NCBI GenBank assembly: GCA_022627495.1
Contig: JAKEGJ010000016.1
Coordinates: 16,995-80,994 of the forward strand
Direction of reading: 5' to 3'
Source of the DNA: Candidatus Micrarchaeota archaeon
Lineage (GTDB): Archaea > Micrarchaeota > Micrarchaeia > Anstonellales > Bilamarchaeaceae
DNA: 64,000 nt
Numbering within the stretch: the first letter of the stretch is position 1; every line of letters starts with the position of its first letter. The notes below the pieces were generated by a model. It was not told where the DNA came from. It worked only from the letters and a program-made list of their open reading frames with translations, and ran no database searches. A program made the position numbers and the translations under genes. Below, in pieces: positions 41,351 through 49,188 of this stretch.

Positions 41351-42529
41351 ATGAACGCTCACCATCTAAAACAATATCGCCAGGGTCCGTGCTCCAAAGA
41401 CTTGACACCGGATGAGCGGTCCAAGATGGCGTTCCACGAACTCATCGTTACGCGCCTGGGCCTGTCCCCGTTCGAGCCGCTTATCGACCATCTCATCGTG
41501 AAGGAGGCCAAAGCCGGCCGCTTCCACCAGAGCAGCTGCGCAATCGCCTTGTACTCGAACGCATACACCCAGAAGGCGGTCTTCCCGCCTGACCATGCCC
41601 CCTTCGGATACATCAACCGGAGGGCCGGCGAGCTGTTCTCGTTCGGCGTGTACCGCCGAAGGGACGGCCAGCTCTTCGGAAGCATACTTCCCCTGACCGC
41701 GAACCTCCAGCAGATAGCGGAATTCACGCGGGATGCGATGTCCGTCCTGCCGCTGCGGGGCATCTACGTCCGCTTCCTGCGGACGCCGGACTACGCCCAG
41801 CTTGTTTCGAAATTCGGCTTCGCGCCCGCGAAAGAGGAGCCTTGGCTGAAAGACGCTCCCGAGGAGGACGAGAGCCTCTCGCACTCGCGCGTGGACCTGG
41901 GGAGGATTTTCACTTCGGATGGCAAGGATGTCGAATTCAGCCCGCTCAAGAGGAACCTGCGGCGGGCCGCGAACTTCCTCGACCGGTCCCGCCTGACATA
42001 CTCCTTCGTCCCCATCACGGCGGATAACTGCCATATCGCATGGGACGTCATCATGAACCATTTCACGATGCTTGAAGCGCGCGGCAAATTAATCGGCTCG
42101 ACACACCATGATTACGTAGGGCTTCTGCATCCGGACATACTTACGCTCAAGACCGTGACCGCGTATCTGGGGATGCTGGGCAAGCTTCCGATATCCGTTT
42201 TCATCAGCGAGCCCAACGGCAACAACGCCATCTCAGGATATGCCGGGATAACGCTCCGGGACATTGATTACCGGACAGGCTACCACCTGCCCGCCGGGCC
42301 GAAGGAGCGCGAAGCCATCCTGGCGCCGCACGGCTCAGGCGAACTCCTCCTCGGCTCTTCAGCCATTCCCACCTACGCCTTCATCCGCCTCTTCGCCCAT
42401 TTCCACGAGCAGGGATACCGCTATTTCTTCATGGGCGGCTCGGAGCACCCCGACATAGATACGTGGAAGCACCGGCAGATGGGCGCGGAGAAGGACCCGA
42501 CATACTGGGCCGTCTATATCCGCCCGTAA
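41351..42529 (+). CDS. Hypothetical protein (weak resemblance to DUF2156/MprF C-terminal GNAT-like domains)
   Basis: 392-aa ORF with good coding bias and a TATA-like GTTTATATTT about 30 nt upstream. The functional hint is very tentative. Confidence 0.5.
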   Translation: MNAHHLKQYRQGPCSKDLTPDERSKMAFHELIVTRLGLSPFEPLIDHLIVKEAKAGRFHQSSCAIALYSNAYTQKAVFPPDHAPFGYINRRAGELFSFGVYRRRDGQLFGSILPLTANLQQIAEFTRDAMSVLPLRGIYVRFLRTPDYAQLVSKFGFAPAKEEPWLKDAPEEDESLSHSRVDLGRIFTSDGKDVEFSPLKRNLRRAANFLDRSRLTYSFVPITADNCHIAWDVIMNHFTMLEARGKLIGSTHHDYVGLLHPDILTLKTVTAYLGMLGKLPISVFISEPNGNNAISGYAGITLRDIDYRTGYHLPAGPKEREAILAPHGSGELLLGSSAIPTYAFIRLFAHFHEQGYRYFFMGGSEHPDIDTWKHRQMGAEKDPTYWAVYIRP

Positions 42530-42587
42530 GCCCTGCATGCAGGGCGTTCAGCTATCCCTTATATTCCCTTCTTTCCCAATCCATCTC

Positions 42588-43853
42588 ATGTCCGTCACGC
42601 TTATTCTGGGCCTCCAGTGGGGGGACGAGGGGAAGGGCAAGATAGTCGACATGCTCGCGAAGGACTACGAATACGTGGTGCGCTTCAACGGCGGCGACAA
42701 TGCGGGCCATACCGTCATCAAGGGCGAAGAGGTGTTCAAGCTCCATCTCGTGCCTTCCGCGGTGTTCTACCCGGAGAAATTCAAGGTCATAGGAAACGGA
42801 GTGGTCGTGAATCCCGATACGCTGATGCGGGAAATCGATGCCGCCGAGTCCCGCGGTTATTCGATGAAGAACCTTCTTGTCAGCTCGGACGCGCACATAA
42901 TCCTTCCCTGGCACACCATCATGGACGGGGGGCTTGAAGAAAGCGGGAAAATCGGCACCACGAAAAAGGGGATAGGGCCTGCTTACTCGGACAAGGCGTC
43001 GCGCACCTTCGCAATACGCGCCTGCGACCTGATGCTCCCGGAGCAGGATCTGAAGGAGAAACTAGCTAAAATCGCATCGCATAAGAAGAAGCTGTTCCGC
43101 TCCCTCGGCTTCCCGGATTTCGATGCGGAGGCGCTGTCGGCAGCCCTGCTCAAATCCGCAGGGAGAATACGGCCGCACATATCGGACACGCAGTTCGTTC
43201 TCAACGATGCCATCGGCAGGAACAGGAGCATCCTCCTGGAAGGTGCGCAGGGGGCGCTTCTTGATTTGGACCACGGGACCTTCCCGTATGTCACGTCCTC
43301 CAACACAACTTCCGGCGCAGGATGCACCGGCACCGGCATCCCGCCCCAAAAAATCCAGCGCATAATCGGCATCGCGAAGGCCTACACCACGAGGGTGGGC
43401 GAGGGGCCTTTCCCGACCGAGCTGAAAGACGGCACGGGCGAAATCATCCGGAAAGTCGGCCGCGAATTCGGCACCACGACCGGGAGGCCGAGGCGCTGCG
43501 GCTGGCTGGACCTGGTCGTCCTCCGCTACACGTGCATGATAAACGGCGCCACGGAAATCGCCCTCACGAAGCTCGACGTCCTGGGCGGGCTCCGGGAAAT
43601 CAAGGTCGCCACCGCTTACGATGTGGGGGGCAGGGAGACCGGCGATTTCCCGCTCGACCTTCCCCGCCTCGCGAAGGCCGTCCCCGTATACGAGACGCTC
43701 CCGGGCTGGGGGGAGGATATCTCCTCATGCAGGAGCGCCGGGGAGCTCCCCGCCAATGCCCGCAAATACGTCCAATACATCGAAAAGAAGCTCGGCGTCC
43801 CGGTGAAGATAATCTCCGTGGGCCCGAAAAGGGACGAGACGATCCAGGCGTAA
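42588..43853 (+). CDS. purA: Adenylosuccinate synthetase
   Basis: LGLQWGDEGKGKIVD, GGDNAGHT, TTKKGIGPAY and GTTTGRPRRCGWLD. Start set at MSVTLILG. Confidence 0.95.
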   Translation: MSVTLILGLQWGDEGKGKIVDMLAKDYEYVVRFNGGDNAGHTVIKGEEVFKLHLVPSAVFYPEKFKVIGNGVVVNPDTLMREIDAAESRGYSMKNLLVSSDAHIILPWHTIMDGGLEESGKIGTTKKGIGPAYSDKASRTFAIRACDLMLPEQDLKEKLAKIASHKKKLFRSLGFPDFDAEALSAALLKSAGRIRPHISDTQFVLNDAIGRNRSILLEGAQGALLDLDHGTFPYVTSSNTTSGAGCTGTGIPPQKIQRIIGIAKAYTTRVGEGPFPTELKDGTGEIIRKVGREFGTTTGRPRRCGWLDLVVLRYTCMINGATEIALTKLDVLGGLREIKVATAYDVGGRETGDFPLDLPRLAKAVPVYETLPGWGEDISSCRSAGELPANARKYVQYIEKKLGVPVKIISVGPKRDETIQA

Positions 43854-43861
43854 TCCCCAAG

Positions 43862-44830
43862 TCAGCGCCTGGCCTGCGCATTCCCGGCCATGCTTATGAA
43901 CACTTCGACGCACGTTTTCAGCGACTCGGCGGTGTGCGCTTTAAGGGAAGCCCCTGCCGCCTTCGCGTGCCCGCCGCCTGCCCCGCCCAGCTCGCCGGCC
44001 ACCTCGGCCATCACTTCGTTCAGCGGCACATGCACGGTCTTGCGGGCCCTTGCCGATATCCGCGTCGCGTTCTCAGAGTCCTTCCATTTCGCCACGAAGC
44101 AGACGTCCGCCGCGTCGGCTATCAATGAAGCGGCGTCGCTTTCGTTGCTTCCCACTTCCGTGGTTGCTATGATATAGCCCCCCGCGTATACGAATTCCAC
44201 CCTTTTCATCGCGGTGAGCATCGCCAGTTTCGCCTCGGGCTTGGGGTCGGGCTCTGCAAGCTCCAGCAATTCGCGGTATTCCGCGCCGCAAATCCGCATC
44301 AGGCGGCCGAGCGTGTCGAACGTACGGGCCCTTGCCGACTTGAACCTGGCGGCATCGGCGATTATGCCCACCGACAGTGCGAACGCCTCCTTGCCCGCAA
44401 TGTCCGCTTCGGGCACGATGCCGGCGACTATTTCTGAAGCGGATGGCGATTCGGGGTCGATTATCTCGAATTCGCCTTTCATGTCGCGCCCGTCGGGCCG
44501 GTGGTGGTCGATGATGCAGAGGAGCTTCCATCCCCTGGCGTTGGGGACGAGCGTGAAAGCGCTCGTATCCACGACTATTAGCCCCTCGAAATCCTTCCGC
44601 TCAAGCGTCGCAAGCGGCACCGCACGGATGCCCAGTTTTTCGCAAAGCAGTCTTGCGCCCTCGTTCATCTCCTCGTCGGTGCAGATGACGCTGCCCGGGA
44701 GCGCTCTGCTCAGGGCGTACGCGGATGCTATGCCGTCCGCATCGGCGCGGTTATGGGTGGCAATCGCCACCTTCCTGCCGCAGTAGCGGGATAGGAAATC
44801 CCGGAAGACTTCACTCCCCGCCTTTTCCAT
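43862..44830 (-). CDS. DHH/DHHA1-family phosphoesterase (NrnA/RecJ-like)
   Basis: HNRADADGIAS, the DHH motif (IIDHHRP) and the DHHA1 motif (GGGHAKAAGA). Confidence 0.8.
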   Translation of the reverse strand: MEKAGSEVFRDFLSRYCGRKVAIATHNRADADGIASAYALSRALPGSVICTDEEMNEGARLLCEKLGIRAVPLATLERKDFEGLIVVDTSAFTLVPNARGWKLLCIIDHHRPDGRDMKGEFEIIDPESPSASEIVAGIVPEADIAGKEAFALSVGIIADAARFKSARARTFDTLGRLMRICGAEYRELLELAEPDPKPEAKLAMLTAMKRVEFVYAGGYIIATTEVGSNESDAASLIADAADVCFVAKWKDSENATRISARARKTVHVPLNEVMAEVAGELGGAGGGHAKAAGASLKAHTAESLKTCVEVFISMAGNAQARR

Positions 44831-45164
44831 AGGCCTTCATTCTCTCCTGCAGCCTCTTCTGTGTGTCGATGACCAGCGTGCGGAGCTTCTCCTCCTGCTT
44901 GGAGATGGCATTGAGCTTGACATCAATCAATTCGTTCCTGTCCTTGAGGTCGCTTTCGGCAGTCTCCTTGGTCGTATGGAGCAGGATGGAGCCGACGGAG
45001 TGGTATACCTCGCCCTTGGCCTTCTTCAGTTCATCGAGGGCGTGCTTTATCTCGTTGAGCTGTATCTGGAGCTGGTGTTTCTGTATGAGCAGGACTTCGA
45101 GCTGCTTTTCCATGTTCTCGTATTCGACGAGCTCCCTGTTCAGATCTTCCTGTTCCTTCTTCAT
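44811..45164 (-). CDS. pfdB: Prefoldin beta subunit
   Basis: 117-aa coiled coil (LVEYENMEKQLEVLLIQKHQLQIQLNEIKHALDEL ... ). Its ATG forms an ATGA overlap with the Pcc1 stop. Confidence 0.8.
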   Translation of the reverse strand: MKKEQEDLNRELVEYENMEKQLEVLLIQKHQLQIQLNEIKHALDELKKAKGEVYHSVGSILLHTTKETAESDLKDRNELIDVKLNAISKQEEKLRTLVIDTQKRLQERMKAYGKGGE

Positions 45165-45409
45165 TGTTGCACCTCTTGGGTTTTTTCTACGCCCTCGAAC
45201 ACCTGCAATGCCCGGAGGCATGCGTTCGCGGTTGCCCTCAGAGCGACGATGTCGTCTGCTTCTATGCCGAGCATGAGCGTGTCCGCCTTTCTTGTCAGTT
45301 TCAGTACGGAGCGGTTTCCGATGTCGCCTTCGTGCGAAACCGCCCTGAGGGCGGCATCCGCGGCCTTCGCGTCGGGAAACCCGACCTCGATGGCGCACCT
45401 GGCTTTCAT
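45161..45409 (-). CDS. pcc1: KEOPS complex subunit Pcc1
   Basis: 82 aa with AKAADAALRAVSHE ... LMLGIEADDIVALRATANACLRALQV. Confidence 0.7.
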   Translation of the reverse strand: MKARCAIEVGFPDAKAADAALRAVSHEGDIGNRSVLKLTRKADTLMLGIEADDIVALRATANACLRALQVFEGVEKTQEVQQ

Positions 45410-45699
45410 TGAATCCCTTCCGCTTCCCTGCTAATGTCTTTCCCCGATGGATTAAAAGGCTTTTCCCCGGACCAGCGCCATCCGCCCCTCTCGTCCACGG
45501 CTATCATTGCGATGACTGCGGCCTTTCCCGCGCGCTCCTCTATTATCGAAACAGTCCCCTCGCCAAGCCTTCGCGCCTCTTCTGCCAGGCGGGCGATGGT
45601 CTTCTTGCCCCGGGCCGCGTATCTCTCGTTATTCGAAAGAGCGATGGCCCTGGCAGTCCTGCGCGTCTCCTCCGAAGCATACCTGCTCGTAGTGTACAT
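45406..45699 (-). CDS. Brix-domain ribosome-biogenesis protein, short form (97 aa)
   Basis: YTTSRYASEETRRTARAIA ... RGKKTI ... VDERGG ... FNPS resembles the N-terminal half of archaeal Brix/Imp4-like proteins. ATGA overlap with Pcc1. Confidence 0.6.
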   Translation of the reverse strand: MYTTSRYASEETRRTARAIALSNNERYAARGKKTIARLAEEARRLGEGTVSIIEERAGKAAVIAMIAVDERGGWRWSGEKPFNPSGKDISREAEGIQ

Positions 45700-45757
45700 A
45701 TGGCGCTGCCCTTGTGCCGAGATTAGGCTATGAAGAAGATGGAATGAAGAAGAAAAA

Positions 45758-45892
45758 TCAGTCGGTGGCGACTTCCTTGGCTATCGGCGGCCTGGCTTTC
45801 AGGAGTATCTTCGCCCCGGTTGTCGGGAATGCGAACTTGCCCTCGTTGACTGCGACCGCGATTCCAGTTTTAGGATCCTTGTACTCACCCAT
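45758..45892 (-). CDS. rpoP: RpoP (Rpb12)-like 44-aa protein lacking all four zinc-ribbon cysteines
   Basis: MGEYKDPKTGIAVAVNEGKFAFPTTGAKILLKARPPIAKEVATD aligns by eye with the RpoP pattern Y-x-C-x2-C...C-P-x-C-G-x-K-I-L-x-K-x-R, with Cys replaced by D/T/F/T. It occupies the superoperon slot after rpl37ae. The start is defined by the shared 46-nt leader cassette. Confidence 0.45.
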   Translation of the reverse strand: MGEYKDPKTGIAVAVNEGKFAFPTTGAKILLKARPPIAKEVATD

Positions 45893-45938
45893 GAAACTTT
45901 CCTCCATATACACTCCGGTAAAAGTTTCATCAAACTTC
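45893..45938 (-). promoter_or_regulatory. 46-nt promoter/leader cassette (GAAGTTTGATGAAA box + GGAGGAAA SD) ending at the RpoP-like ATG
   Basis: The minus strand reads GAAGTTTGATGAAACTTTTACCGGAGTGTATATGGAGGAAAGTTTC|ATG. It has the same length and box positions as 46244-46289. Confidence 0.5.
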
Positions 45939-46006
45939 ATCCGGCCAACGTCCGTACAGACGATTACATCAAGGCCCGGGCGGTTTCATGAAACGTTCCG
46001 GTCTCT

Positions 46007-46243
46007 TCAGGACGTCTTGGAATACTCGCCGATTATGCGCGCTGCGATTTCGCCCGCCTCGCTCCGGAAGGAGTAGCATGCGCCTGCGAACTCCGCGTCG
46101 CACGATTTGCACTCCCACCTTGCGGTGCCCCTGCGCACCACTTTCAGCTTGTGGCATTTCGGGCACTCATACTTGCTCTTCTTGGCCTTGATGGACTTGT
46201 CGACCATCTTCCGAATCGATGCCCCGTATCTCGCCGTATACAT
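46007..46243 (-). CDS. rpl37ae: Ribosomal protein L37Ae (eL43)
   Basis: RYGASIRKMV ... YECPKCHKLKVVRRGTARWECKSCDAEFAGACY. Confidence 0.9.
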   Translation of the reverse strand: MYTARYGASIRKMVDKSIKAKKSKYECPKCHKLKVVRRGTARWECKSCDAEFAGACYSFRSEAGEIAARIIGEYSKTS

Positions 46244-46289
46244 GAAAATTTCCTCCTTGCATACTTATGTCAAATTTTCATCAAACTTC
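46244..46289 (-). promoter_or_regulatory. 46-nt promoter/leader cassette ending at the rpl37ae ATG
   Basis: The minus strand reads GAAGTTTGATGAAAATTTGACATAAGTATGCAAGGAGGAAATTTTC|ATG. Confidence 0.5.
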
Positions 46290-46397
46290 CGAGCGAAATG
46301 CATTCGCATTTCGCTGGACCACAGAAACCGCCATGCGGTTTCTGCCGGTCATCCGTACAGACTCCGTACAGACGGTTTCATGTCTCCATTAATGGGA

Positions 46398-47201
46398 CTA
46401 GCCCTTGAGAATATTCCTTATGTCGTCTCCTCTTTTAAAAGCTATGTCAATCGCCGTCATGAGCTCGTCCTTGCTCAAAGAGCCCTTCCCTTTCTGCATC
46501 GCGCAGACATGCTCTTCCGTGGTGCCGATTGTCAGGGCGGTCTCCAGCACGCGCTCCTCGTCTCGCGAGGGGTCGATTAGCCAGTTGTCCCCAACCTTTA
46601 TCATGGTCGTAGTGACCGGGAGCTTGGTCGGGTTCAGCATGCCGGTGTATTCGCCCCGGATGATTTTCCCGTTTTCTACTTTCGGCATCTTGGTGTCCAT
46701 CAGCGCTGCAGTCGCGGCGAGCGTTGCGGCATCCGTGAAGTTGCCGGCGTGGTTCATCACGTAGAGGTCCACATAAAGGCCGAGCACCTTGTCCTCCTCG
46801 ACAAAGAACGAGCCCAGGTCGACGCACTCTGCGCTGCGGAGCGCCCTGTCCACGACGCGCGCGACCTCTATCGAATCCTCGTTCGGCGGCCCGGGCTCGA
46901 AACCCGGCGACGCCAGCGGGAGCAGTTCGGAATTGGTCACCATCACGCCTTCCCTTGGCCTGTCCGCGAACGGCTTCACTATGTCGATTTTCGTGGCCAC
47001 AAGGACGAGCGTCTCGCCTATCTTTCCCATGGCCGAGCCTTCTGCGGTCTTTATCACGCCTTTCTGGACCTCTATGGGGCGGTATTCGTCGAACCTCCTG
47101 CCATCGAACCTCACGCCCTTTGCGAGCGTGCCGTTCATGATGTCCCTCCGGATATGCGACATTATTATGTCCTTGACTTCTTCACCCATTCGTATCACCA
47201 C
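46398..47201 (-). CDS. rrp42: Exosome complex component Rrp42
   Basis: RNase PH-like: RFDGRRFDEYRPIEVQKGVIKTAEGSAMGKIGETLVLVA. It follows rrp41 with a 7-nt overlap. Confidence 0.85.
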   Translation of the reverse strand: MVIRMGEEVKDIIMSHIRRDIMNGTLAKGVRFDGRRFDEYRPIEVQKGVIKTAEGSAMGKIGETLVLVATKIDIVKPFADRPREGVMVTNSELLPLASPGFEPGPPNEDSIEVARVVDRALRSAECVDLGSFFVEEDKVLGLYVDLYVMNHAGNFTDAATLAATAALMDTKMPKVENGKIIRGEYTGMLNPTKLPVTTTMIKVGDNWLIDPSRDEERVLETALTIGTTEEHVCAMQKGKGSLSKDELMTAIDIAFKRGDDIRNILKG

Positions 47202-47953
47202 TTGAATGTTTCTCCCTCGCCCTTCTGGTAGAACCTCTTCAGGGCGTCTGCCTGCACTTCGTGCACCTTGTCACAGCCGCGCTCGGCCATCTCAAGAATC
47301 GTTGCGACCTCCTCCCTGGTGAGCAGGCCGTCCATCTGCACGAGGAGAAGCCTCTTGTCCCTGTGCGAAATGGCCAGGGGCATGTCGGACTGGCCGAAGT
47401 TGTCCTCAATCTTGTTGAGGTCCAGGGCGAGCATGCCGCCGGCCTTGCCCACAGCAACTGCCGATACCATGTCCTTCATCGGGATGCCTGCGTTCGCGAG
47501 CGCGACTGCCGCCACCGTGACCGACGCCGTCCTCGTTCCGCCGTCCGCCTGCAGGACGTCTATGTAAACGTCAATCTGGGTGTTCGGGAACTTCTCCGCG
47601 ATTATCAGGTTCTCGAAGACCTCCCTGATGACCTTGGACAGTTCGGTGCTTCTTCGCGAGGGGCCGCTCCTGCTGTGCTCCTCCAGCGATGCGAACGGAG
47701 ACATCATGTACCTGCACTTGATGAGCGCGTGGTACGGGCTCGCCCCGTGCCTCGGGATGCATTCCCTGGGCCCGTAGACGCCGCAGACTATCTTGTTCCC
47801 GCCCCATTCTATGTAAGCCGAGCCGTCTGCCTCAGGGATTACCCCTACCTCGACGCGCAGGGCGCGGAGGTCTTCCATGTCCCTGCCATCTGTTCTCCTT
47901 CCGTCTATTATCAGCGGTACCTTGCTTTCACTGCTGGCCATAGTTGTCACCAC
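47195..47953 (-). CDS. rrp41: Exosome complex exonuclease Rrp41
   Basis: DGRRTDGRDMEDLRALRVEVGVIPEADGSAYIEWGGNKIVCGVYGPRE ... DGGTRTAS. Confidence 0.9.
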   Translation of the reverse strand: MVTTMASSESKVPLIIDGRRTDGRDMEDLRALRVEVGVIPEADGSAYIEWGGNKIVCGVYGPRECIPRHGASPYHALIKCRYMMSPFASLEEHSRSGPSRRSTELSKVIREVFENLIIAEKFPNTQIDVYIDVLQADGGTRTASVTVAAVALANAGIPMKDMVSAVAVGKAGGMLALDLNKIEDNFGQSDMPLAISHRDKRLLLVQMDGLLTREEVATILEMAERGCDKVHEVQADALKRFYQKGEGETFKW

Positions 47954-48674
47954 TTGATTCAGATTCCGACTGCCCGCTTCCGTATCCGGTCTCTTCGCCG
48001 GATTCCCCCTGCCCGACTTCGGGCTCCATGCCCTCCTGGGGTTCGCCGCCTGCAGGCGTGCGGGGCTTGTCGCCGACCTGGCTCCGCAGGAAGTTCGCTA
48101 TCTCGTCGGTCAGGCCCGACTTGTGCGCCTTGCGCTCTATCATCGCTATCGCTTTCAGGAGGAGGGGCATGTCGCTTTTCTCGCTCATCCAGACGTAGCC
48201 GTTGTTGCCTACCATGATGTCCCCGCCGGTATAGTCCTTGAGGAGGCCTATCATGCTGCTCTTCTTGCCGATTAGCCTCGGGACTTTTGCGGACGGGAAT
48301 TCGATTATCTTCCCCTTGGGCAGCCTGCGGACCTCGCCCAAATCCACGTCCCCGACCTCATTCACCATCTTCACCCTGCAGATGACGAAATCGCCGAGCT
48401 GCAATGTGAGCCGGACGTCCCTTGTCGGGATGAAGCCGCCGTGGGGGAGGTTCAGCTCCACCTCATACCCCGCGTGGCGCACGTCGGTCACCATGCCGAC
48501 GACAACGTCGCCGACGGCCGGCCGGTAGCGGTTCTCCAGCGGGATGTACCTTCCTTCATCGTCCACCATGCCTATTACCGCGGCATATGTGACTGCCCCG
48601 TCGTAGTAAGTGTTCGGGGCGCTCAGCCTGCCCTCTGCGATTTTCTCGCCGGGCAATATGATTCTTCTTTCCAT
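47928..48674 (-). CDS. rrp4: Exosome RNA-binding subunit Rrp4 (S1 + KH) with acidic/Gly-Ser C-terminal tail
   Basis: ILPGEKIAEG ... GDVVVGMVTDVRHAGYEVEL (S1), then a KH-like segment. The tail is EPEVGQGESGEETGYGSGQSESESSGDNYGQQ. Start set at MERRIILPG. Confidence 0.85.
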   Translation of the reverse strand: MERRIILPGEKIAEGRLSAPNTYYDGAVTYAAVIGMVDDEGRYIPLENRYRPAVGDVVVGMVTDVRHAGYEVELNLPHGGFIPTRDVRLTLQLGDFVICRVKMVNEVGDVDLGEVRRLPKGKIIEFPSAKVPRLIGKKSSMIGLLKDYTGGDIMVGNNGYVWMSEKSDMPLLLKAIAMIERKAHKSGLTDEIANFLRSQVGDKPRTPAGGEPQEGMEPEVGQGESGEETGYGSGQSESESSGDNYGQQ

Positions 48675-49188
48675 AAGAAAACCTCTTTGCGGCCCGCTCC
48701 CCGTATGGCGGGAATGTCCGGGCGCTAGTTTTTTCAAAACCAGGAATTAGCATCAGCTATCTTCCTTTCTGTCTCTCTTAACGACAAGATGATGGATGGA
48801 AAAGCTTAAAAACTGGGGCGCAAGCCCCGGCCCTTATCGCGCTCATCTTCCCTTCCACCGGTTATGGCAGGAAATGTTCCCCCCTCTAAGTCCGCTCGCC
48901 CCCGCCTCCCCTTTCAGCAATGGGGCGCGCCATATGCGCCCGATTCCTTAGGGGGCGATATCCAGCGCATTTTTGTCCAAAAATGTCCATTTCCTTCCAA
49001 AAATAAAACAAAATCCTTTTAATAGGTGAGCGGGGTGTCATAATGAGAGGCGGATGCACTCTTCAGGTGTCATTATGGCTTTACCAAACAGGTCCGGAAG
49101 AAAGAATGCTGGGAATTTCTGTTCAATGTGTTCGAGAAGCGCGAACGGTTCGAGACTGAACACCCAAAATAGGACACTCAACACCTCT

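Noticed and set aside
45165-45398. Arg-rich 78-codon extension of the prefoldin ORF; likewise the extensions of the purA (42537), rrp4 (48737), EamA (56702), PmbA (56372), methyltransferase (9182) and protease (18225) ORFs
   Set aside because: The extensions overlap upstream genes or are low-complexity. Internal ATGs coincide with the conserved protein N-termini.
48738-49188. Possible structured ncRNA (SRP/RNase P-like) in the 450-bp spacer upstream of rrp4, prompted by a GNRA-capped hairpin
   Set aside because: I could not find conserved SRP or RNase P sequence blocks by eye. A single hairpin is insufficient. An Infernal scan would be needed.
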